Assembly: GCA_028284075.1 (NCBI GenBank)
Contig: JANQSL010000070.1
Location: 41,480 to 105,479, forward strand
Length of the DNA stretch: 64,000 nt
Direction of reading: 5' to 3'
Origin: Candidatus Sumerlaeia bacterium
GTDB lineage: Bacteria; Sumerlaeota; Sumerlaeia; SLMS01; JAHLLQ01
The notes beneath the pieces were generated by a model. It was not told the DNA's origin, made no database searches, and saw only the letters and a list, made by a program, of their open reading frames with translations. Within the stretch, counting starts at the first letter, position 1. The number at the start of each line of letters is the position of its first letter. This document shows positions 56,985-64,000 of this stretch, one piece after another. The translations under genes and the position numbers were made by a program.

Positions 56985-59900
56985 TACTCAGATCCTTTCC
57001 TGGAAGAGGCTTCCGTAACAGGGGCCTCGCCAAAGTGTTCCGCGGGTGCGGCCGCCAGATCGCGATAATACTCCCAGCGGCGGTAAATATCACTCTGGGC
57101 TTCAGAAAGAAGCTCACCGGCGAGTTCTGGAGCGCTGTGCGCCAGCATGTTGTAGCGCGCCTCATTGTAGGCAAACTCGCGCAACGGAATACTCGGCTCA
57201 CGGGAATCCAGAGTGAGCGGGTTTTTGCCGCTCTCCGCGAGAGCGGGGTTGTATCTGAGCAGTGGCCAGTAGCCGGATTGAACGGCGGCTTTTTGTTGAG
57301 AGAAACCCTTCGACAAATCATATCCGTGAGCAATACAGTGACTGTATGCGAGAACCAGTGACGGCCCCTGCCATGCGTCCGCCTCGCGAAGTGCTCGGAT
57401 GGTCTGTGTATCGTTACCTCCCATTGCAACACGGGCCACATAGACGTTGCCATACGTCATTGCGAGTGCAGCCAGATCCTTCTTGCCGGTTCGTTTTCCT
57501 CCGGCGGCAAACTTTGCAACAGCACCTCGCGCCGTCGACTTTGACTGTTGTCCACCTGTGTTCGAGTAAACCTCCGTGTCCAGTACCAGAACGTTTACGT
57601 CCAGTCCTGATGCCAGTACATGGTCGAGACCGCCGAATCCGATATCGTAGGCCCATCCGTCGCCGCCGACGATCCAAAGTGATTGCCTGACAAGGGAATC
57701 CAAAACGCCCAGCAGCGTCTTTGCATCGTGCGAATCCAGCAGCTCCAGATCAGCCTGAAGCTGAGCAACTCGTTTTCGTTGTGCCACAATTCCCTGCTCG
57801 CCTGATTGATCCGCTTGCAGAACATCCGCAACAAGGCGTTCATCCAGTGCATCGGCCAGCCTTCTGAGCAGCAGCTGCGCAAAGTCACGTTTGGTATCCA
57901 GCGAAAGCCGCATTCCCAAACCAAATTCGGCGTTGTCCTCGAACAACGAGTTATTCCATGTAGGCCCGCGGCCATCGCTGTTGGTTGTCCAGGGTGTTGT
58001 CGGCAGGTTTCCTCCATAAATCGAGGAACACCCCGTGGCATTGGCCACGACCATCCGGTCCCCGAAAAGCTGAGTAACGAGCTTGATATAGGGTGTTTCT
58101 CCACAGCCTGCACAAGCGCCGGAGAACTCGAAAAGCGGTTCCAGAAGCTGAACGTCCTTCACACGCGAATGATCCAGTGTCGCACGATCGGTCTGGGGAA
58201 GTCCGAGAAATGCCTCCCAGTTTCGGCGATCGCGTTCGATAATCTCCTCCTTGGGCGCCATATTGATGGCCTTCCGCCCCGCCTCACTCTTGTTTTTTGC
58301 CGGGCATGCCTCGACGCAGAGTGAGCAGCCGGTGCAGTCGTCCGGTGCAATTTGCAACACGTACACTAAATCCTTGCGATCGAGCCACTTCGATGTGGCC
58401 GTCTTGAATTCATCACTCGCCTGGTTGACCGCGCCGGGAGGAACCAGTTTCGCACGAATCACTCCATGAGGACAGGCCATGACACACTTGCCGCACTGAA
58501 TACAGACTGACGGATCCCAGTCAGGAATCGTTGCGGCAATATCGCGCTTTTCGTACTTTGTGGTTCCTGTTGGAAAGGTTCCATCACACGGAAATGCGCT
58601 GACGGGAAGATTGTCGCCACGTTGTTCGATGAGTTTCACCGTCACGTCTTTTACAAAGGGTGGTGCTCCGTTGAGGCAGGCTTCCGCCATGGCAAGGTCT
58701 GATGTCGCCTCAGCTGGCACACGGATTTCGTGAAGACGCTCCAGCGCCGCGTCCACCGCTGCCTGATTGCGTTTGACGATCACATCACCCCTGCGGCCGT
58801 AAGCCTTGTCGATGGATTCCTTGATCTTCTGAATTGCCAACGGACGCTCGAGGATACCGCTCAGGGCAAAGAAACAGGTCTGCATGACCGTATTGATACG
58901 GCGGCCGAGCCCCGCCTCCCGTGCAACGGACAGTGCATCCACGACATGGAAACGCAGTTGTTTGTGAACAATTTGCTCCTGTACCGCTCGCGGGAGCCGG
59001 TCCCATACCTCTTCCTTTTTGTAGGGTGTGTTCAGCAGGAACGTGGAGCCATGATCCGCCAGATCGAGGAGTGCCACTCGGTCAATAAACTGCCACTGAT
59101 GGCAAGCGACAAAGTCCGCCTTCTCAATCAGGTAGGGGGCGCGGATTTCCTCCGGTCCGAAGCGAAGATGAGAAACCGTGAGTGATCCTGACTTCTTCGA
59201 ATCATAAATAAAATAACCCTGTGCGAAGAGGTCCGTTTCCTCGCCGATAATCTTGATGGTGTTTTTGTTGGCTCCAACTGTTCCGTCTGAACCCAGTCCG
59301 AAAAAGACCGCGCGACGCGTCTTTTTGCCCTCAATCGAGTAGGCCGAATCCCAATCGAGACTCCTGTGTGTGACATCGTCGTGGATACCAACCGTGAAGT
59401 GATTCTTGGGAATGTCTTGCCCAAGCTCATCAAACACGCATCTGGCCATCGCCGGGTTGAATTCTTTCGATGACAAACCGTATCGTCCGCCAATGACGCG
59501 CGGCATTGTATCGAATGGCTTTGATCGGGTGGCGACAGCCTCTGCCAGCGCCGTAACAACATCCTGGTAAAGAGGTTCACCCGTTGCGCCCGGTTCCTTT
59601 GTCCGATCCAGTACTGCAATCGATCGCACCGTCGGAGGAAGAGCATCGAGAAATGACTCTGTGGGGAACGGGCGATAAAGTCGAACCTTGAGCACACCGG
59701 TCTTGTCACCCGACTCGTTCAGCGCCGCTGCCGTTGCCGCGACGGTTTCCGCTCCCGACCCCATGACAACCACAACCCGCTCTGCATCCGGAGCGCCCTC
59801 ATAGTCGACGAGGCGATACTGACGCCCCGTCAATTCAGCAAATCGATCCATCGTGCCCTGGACGATGGCGGGACAGGCGAGATAGAAGGGATTAATACCT

Positions 59901-60589
59901 TCACGGCTCTGAAAGAACGTGTCCGGGTTTTGTGCTGTCCCACGAACAACGGGGTTCTTCGGTGTCATGGCGCGAGCCCGGAAGGCTGCGATCGCTTCCG
60001 GCGAAACAATGGCTTTCATCTGATCAGAATCAACAAGATGAATTTTGTTGATTTCATGGGATGTCCGGAAGCCATCGAAGAAATGAAGGAACGGGATTCG
60101 GCTTTCCAGCGTTGCGGCGTGTGAAACGACCGCGAGGTCGTGAGCCTCCTGCACTGTATTCGATGCCAGCAGGGCAAAACCGGTCGTTCGGGCAGCCATC
60201 ACATCGCTGTGATCGCCAAAAATAGAAAGGGCGTGTGTGGCGATCGTTCGAGCGGCCACATGAATCACACAAGGCGTGAGTTCTCCCGCGATCTTGAACA
60301 TGTTCGGGAGCATAAGCAGCAACCCCTGTGATGCCGTGTAGGTCGTTGCCAGGCTGCCGACTTGAAGGGCGCCGTGCAGTGCTCCCGCCACGCCCGCCTC
60401 GCTCTGCATCTCCTCGATCCGCGGCACGGCTCCCCACAGGTTGGGCCTGCCCTGAGATGCCCACATGTCCGCCCATTCTCCCATGGGCGAAGAGGGCGTG
60501 ATGGGGTAGATGGCCACCACCTCATTGAGAGCGTAGGATGCGAGAGCGACCGCTTCGTTGGCATCGAGAGTACGTGTTTTCGGGGGCAT
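56984..60589 (-). CDS. nifJ: pyruvate:ferredoxin (flavodoxin) oxidoreductase, single-chain
   Basis: Full-length ~1200-aa PFOR with N-terminal domain I (YPITPSS), 2x CxxCxxCxxxCP and TPP domain GDGW...GGLD. Confidence 0.9.
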
Positions 60590-60820
60590 AACAAATCTCC
60601 TGAGACAATACGGATATTGCTTATCTCGATTTTGGCATGAGGCGCAAGGCCAACTTGCGCGGCGTCACCGGCCCGAACACAAAAGCCCGCCCTGGCCGTC
60701 ATCAGTGGATGAATTGTGGATGCTTCTTGCGACAACGAGGGAGCCCGGTGTCGACTCTCTCCGCGTTGCTCGTCTCCGATCCCCTGCAGCGGTAGCTCCG
60801 CCAACAAAAGGCTCTCAGGA

Positions 60821-61693
60821 ATGGCTCAGGATCTTCTCTGGCTTAATGGCGATATCATGCCTCTCGAAGAGGGGCGGGTGAACGTGCAGGATCGAGGCCT
60901 GCTTTTCTCCGACGGAATCTATGAAGTCATCAATTTCTACAACGGCAAGCCGTTCACATTACGTGAGCACCTTGAGCGCTGGGAGAAAAGCGCTTCTGGT
61001 ATTCTGTTGGATTCACCCGGAACCATCGAGGAACGAATGCAGGTCCTGATGGATCTGGCCGGAAAGAGCGGTTATCGGAACGCATCGGTCTACGGACAGT
61101 TGACTCGCGGCACAGCGCCTCGAAACCACCTGTTTCCATCGAACGACACGCCTCCGACGGAATTCTGGTTCGCTCGTCCGACGCCTGAGTTCACTTCCGG
61201 GGTGAAGGAAAAAGGCGTTTCGCTGGCGACACATCCCGACGAACGGTGGGAACACTGCGAATTTAAAACGATCTCGCTTCTTCCCAACTGCCTCGCGAAG
61301 GAGCGTGCGAAGCGTCAGGGGGCTTTCGAGGCACTACAGTATCTCAAGAACGATATTGTCACTGAGTGTTCCGCCTCTAATGCATGGTGCGTGCGCGACG
61401 GAGTTGTGTTTACTCACCCGGCAACTCATCGGATTTTGAATGGTATCACGCGCATGGCGATTATCGATGTCGCGTATGCACTGGGAATCGAAGTCAGAGA
61501 GGAGGCCGTTTCGCTCAGAGAGTTTCTTGCCTCTGATGAAGTCTTCATCAGCTCCACCACGATGGAAGTGATGCCGGTTACCGCCATCGACAACAAGCCT
61601 GTGGGATCGGGCCGGGTTGGTTCCGTTACAACAAAGTTGATGAAGGGTCTGCGTGAACGGATTGTGGCGGACTGCGAAGCGGCCGCAGTATAG
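60821..61693 (+). CDS. class-IV aminotransferase (D-amino-acid/branched-chain aminotransferase family)
   Basis: RGLLFSDGIYEV and PLP-Lys region EHCEFKTISLL. Start at the verified ATG MAQDLLWLNG. Confidence 0.75.
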   Translation: MAQDLLWLNGDIMPLEEGRVNVQDRGLLFSDGIYEVINFYNGKPFTLREHLERWEKSASGILLDSPGTIEERMQVLMDLAGKSGYRNASVYGQLTRGTAPRNHLFPSNDTPPTEFWFARPTPEFTSGVKEKGVSLATHPDERWEHCEFKTISLLPNCLAKERAKRQGAFEALQYLKNDIVTECSASNAWCVRDGVVFTHPATHRILNGITRMAIIDVAYALGIEVREEAVSLREFLASDEVFISSTTMEVMPVTAIDNKPVGSGRVGSVTTKLMKGLRERIVADCEAAAV

Positions 61694-61700
61694 CAAGCTC

Positions 61701-62138
61701 CTAGAGTCCCAGAACTTCCAGTTTCACCGGGATAACCCCTCGCGCGGGCGGCGCAAGTTGTTCGAAGGCGGCCTCTGAAAGGTCGATGATTCTGTTTTTG
61801 GTATTCGGAAAGCGATCATTGATACGAACCACAACGCTACGGCCGTTTTCCGCGTTTGTGACCCGCACCCGGGTACCGAAGGAGAGTGTTTTGTGGGCTG
61901 CCGTCATGGCACGCTGATTGTAGATTTCACCGCTGGCGGTGGTTTTTCCATGAAACCCCGGGCCATACCAGGATGCCTCTCCCGCGGGAATGTACTTTCC
62001 CCGCGGGGAAGACACGGCTCCACCACGGGCGCAGTTTAAACACATCCCGGCGCAGACAAAGACCGCGAGGGTCAGGATTGATATCTGCCACTTTGTACGT
62101 CGTGGCAGGGGAGAACCGGAGCTTGTGGGGTTATCCAT
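61701..62138 (-). CDS. rlpA: RlpA-like double-psi beta-barrel lipoprotein
   Basis: DPBB motif EASWYGPGFHGKTTASGEIY...RVVVRINDRFP. Alternative start at 62177. Confidence 0.7.
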   Translation of the reverse strand: MDNPTSSGSPLPRRTKWQISILTLAVFVCAGMCLNCARGGAVSSPRGKYIPAGEASWYGPGFHGKTTASGEIYNQRAMTAAHKTLSFGTRVRVTNAENGRSVVVRINDRFPNTKNRIIDLSEAAFEQLAPPARGVIPVKLEVLGL

Positions 62139-63555
62139 GCAAAGCCGTCGCTTGTTGTGATTCACGAATGACAGCACAGATTTCTTCGAAATCGATGCCC
62201 GTGTCGGTCAGCGCACGGAGTTCATCCATCTCACCGGTTTTTTCCAGCAGGCGATCGCGAACGATTGTTGCGCTATCGAGGAATACTTCATAAGTCGCGT
62301 TGTTGAGCAGACTGATGGTATACGGAGCCACGAGTTCATCCACGTAGAACAACGGATTCATGTCCGGCGAAGACGGTGCGGTACCACTCCAGAGGAGCCT
62401 GGCGGGCGCCGCTCCGGCAATTGCGCACCTGCGGAAGCGTTCACCGAAGAACAACTCGCGGAAACGGGTATGCAGCCGTTGGCAATTGGCGAGTGCTGCG
62501 CGATCCTCCAGACGCAACAACGGGAGAACCTCGTCACGGCCCTCCTTTTGCAGCGCAAGTTCCTCCAGTTTTCGATTCACAGCACCGTCGATGATATTGA
62601 CCTCCACGGCAATAACGGCACGAAGCGTGTGGAGCGGTTTTCCCGCAGCCAGAGCATCTTCATATCCACCTATAATTGCTTCTGTTGCTGCATCGAAGTC
62701 AGAAGTGGAAAGAACCCCCGTGATACAGAGACTGGTGCCTGCGCAAATCAGTTCGCGGGAGGCGGCAAGACCCGCTTTTGTGTTGGGAACTGCGAACATC
62801 AGATTTTTCTGATCGTAGGATCGATCCGTTTCCAGTACCGCATCGCGAATAGCGGTCGCATTATCCACTTCCGCCCCGGGTGCGGGCATGCAGGCGAAGC
62901 CATCATCACCACCCGAATTCGTCCAGACAGGCAACAGTGCGTCGGCGGCGTCCAGAATGTCTTCCTTTGCACCAGAGATCAAAATACCTCGCAGACCCTC
63001 GCCCTCGACGCGTTGTTCCGCCACGGATCGCGTAAACGAACCCGGTTGTGAGCGGTCGATCCAGATGCTTTGACCGTGACGTAAAACACGATGAGTCGGA
63101 AGGGGCGAATCCGCCCATTCATCGGTTGTCATCATTTGTGCCACACGGCGACCGTGGCGCCCTCCTTCATGCTCAGTGGCGATGAAGATATTGAACAGAT
63201 CACAGGGATCTTCATCAATATGGTCGCATCCAACAACCATGATGTTTGCATCATTATGCTGGCGAGCCAGCCGTGCGAGTTCCGCTGTCCGTATGTTTGC
63301 CGCACGAACCTTGGAAAATCTGTTCGCGGCCATCGTCATCCCGTTGCCACTGCGGCAAATAATCAGACCAAAATCCGCCACGCCGTGCGAGACGGCTCGC
63401 GCCACACGCGACGCATAGATTGGATAATCGGTCGATTCGGCGGTGGCTGTTCCGCAGTCGAGCACAAAATGTCCCTGCCTGCCGAGCCTGTCACGAAGTT
63501 CGTTTTTCTTTTCAAAGCCGCCGTGATCGGTGCCAATGGCGATACGCAGAGACAT
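62131..63555 (-). CDS. fusion protein: ribose-5-phosphate isomerase B (N-terminal) + transaldolase-like domain (C-terminal)
   Basis: RpiB/LacAB signature MSLRIAIGTDHGGF...ICRSGNGMTMAANR in the first ~150 aa. C-terminal ~320 aa has transaldolase-like blocks (VPNTKAGLAA; PLFYVDELVAPYTISLLNNATYE). Confidence 0.55.
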   Translation of the reverse strand: MSLRIAIGTDHGGFEKKNELRDRLGRQGHFVLDCGTATAESTDYPIYASRVARAVSHGVADFGLIICRSGNGMTMAANRFSKVRAANIRTAELARLARQHNDANIMVVGCDHIDEDPCDLFNIFIATEHEGGRHGRRVAQMMTTDEWADSPLPTHRVLRHGQSIWIDRSQPGSFTRSVAEQRVEGEGLRGILISGAKEDILDAADALLPVWTNSGGDDGFACMPAPGAEVDNATAIRDAVLETDRSYDQKNLMFAVPNTKAGLAASRELICAGTSLCITGVLSTSDFDAATEAIIGGYEDALAAGKPLHTLRAVIAVEVNIIDGAVNRKLEELALQKEGRDEVLPLLRLEDRAALANCQRLHTRFRELFFGERFRRCAIAGAAPARLLWSGTAPSSPDMNPLFYVDELVAPYTISLLNNATYEVFLDSATIVRDRLLEKTGEMDELRALTDTGIDFEEICAVIRESQQATALHG

Positions 63556-63622
63556 GCGAAAACATCCTCGAGCAGTTTGGACCCTCAGACAAGAGCGCCC
63601 CCCCCCTTTGAGCCAAGCCGTT

Positions 63623-64000
63623 TTACTGAGGTACCGGGTGCAGGATGCGAACTTTGTAGTCGATGGTAACGGACCAGGAAGCTCCCGGTGCCAGTTTGAG
63701 ATCCCACACGGGCATCACGACGGCGCTTTGATGAACGCGTTCGAGTCCGGCTTCGGAGTTTGATACCGTCTCGACGGGGAGGCGCCAGTGGGTTGCCGAC
63801 TTCGAGAGAAGCCATTCGATGCTAAGACCTCTGAGCCCGTCCACCGCACGAAACGAAGTCGCCTTTTCGACGGCTCCAGTGCTGTCAAGAAGGCGGCTGG
63901 GCATATCCACGCCGGCGACCTCATGGTATACGTCATCATGATGATCCGCAAGAAGGGCGACTCCAAACTCGATGCCGAATCCTGCGGCGAGCTCCGACTC
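63623..64000 (-). CDS. C-terminal part of a gene continuing beyond the window (hypothetical)
   Basis: Frame checked codon by codon: open from 64000 down to the stop at 63623. The tracked ORF merely begins at the first GTG. No family recognised. Confidence 0.35.
   Translation of the reverse strand, partial: ESELAAGFGIEFGVALLADHHDDVYHEVAGVDMPSRLLDSTGAVEKATSFRAVDGLRGLSIEWLLSKSATHWRLPVETVSNSEAGLERVHQSAVVMPVWDLKLAPGASWSVTIDYKVRILHPVPQ

Overview
This is a GC-rich bacterial chromosomal segment of about 64 kb that is densely coding, with no rRNA, tRNA or CRISPR detected by eye. Several features suggest a Planctomycetota/Verrucomicrobiota-like organism, which is an inference: many GTG/TTG starts, tight start/stop overlaps (ATGA, GTGA, TAGTG), double-TM BatA-like proteins, multiple BlaR1-like sensors, a TMTC-like protein, a YHYH protein and a sulfotransferase.

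Gene content in order:
- **1-3.6 kb:** a putative glycan-modification set on the minus strand (carbohydrate sulfotransferase, YHYH secreted protein, a 312-aa hypothetical, and a truncated ORF at the window edge).
- **4.5-15.3 kb:** a plus-strand, translationally coupled MoxR/DUF58/VWA Bat-like locus. It begins with a membrane protein carrying a Q/G-rich low-complexity tract of about 250 aa, then an NHL-repeat lipoprotein and a 977-aa BatA-like VWA protein. An embedded orphan beta-class DNA methyltransferase (PF01555-like) follows, then a MoxR AAA+ ATPase, a DUF58 protein and a second BatA-like VWA protein.
- **15.6-20.7 kb:** TypA/BipA GTPase, a secreted hypothetical protein, and gamma-glutamyltranspeptidase.
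- **20.8-30.3 kb:** a seven-gene minus-strand operon encoding the complete reductive pyrimidine catabolic pathway (beta-ureidopropionase-like nitrilase, NCS1 permease, class-III aminotransferase, dihydropyrimidinase, MmsA, PreT, PreA).
- **30.5-37.6 kb:** an ankyrin-repeat protein, then two tandem BlaI/BlaR1 (M56 HEXXH peptidase) modules with non-canonical sensor domains. One carries a beta-helix-like repeat domain containing a 2 x 270-bp tandem duplication. The other has a C-terminal domain resembling the adjacent secreted protein.
- **37.8-39.7 kb:** a TMTC-like TPR membrane protein.
- **39.8-51.7 kb:** a complete purine catabolic locus. A three-subunit xanthine dehydrogenase is divergent from an aminotransferase, allantoate amidohydrolase, ureidoglycine aminohydrolase, a second M20 amidase, an FAD oxidoreductase (candidate urate hydroxylase), allantoinase, OHCU decarboxylase and HIU hydrolase.
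- **51.7-64 kb:** an SDR, a GHL10 hydrolase, an animal-type heme peroxidase with intact catalytic motifs, a single-chain PFOR translationally coupled to a DHOD-like TIM-barrel protein, a class-IV aminotransferase, RlpA, an RpiB-transaldolase fusion, and a truncated ORF at the window edge.

The most unusual elements are the DNA methyltransferase embedded in the MoxR-VWA operon, the Q-rich repeat protein, and the BlaR1-type sensors with atypical extracytoplasmic domains and candidate palindromic operators.
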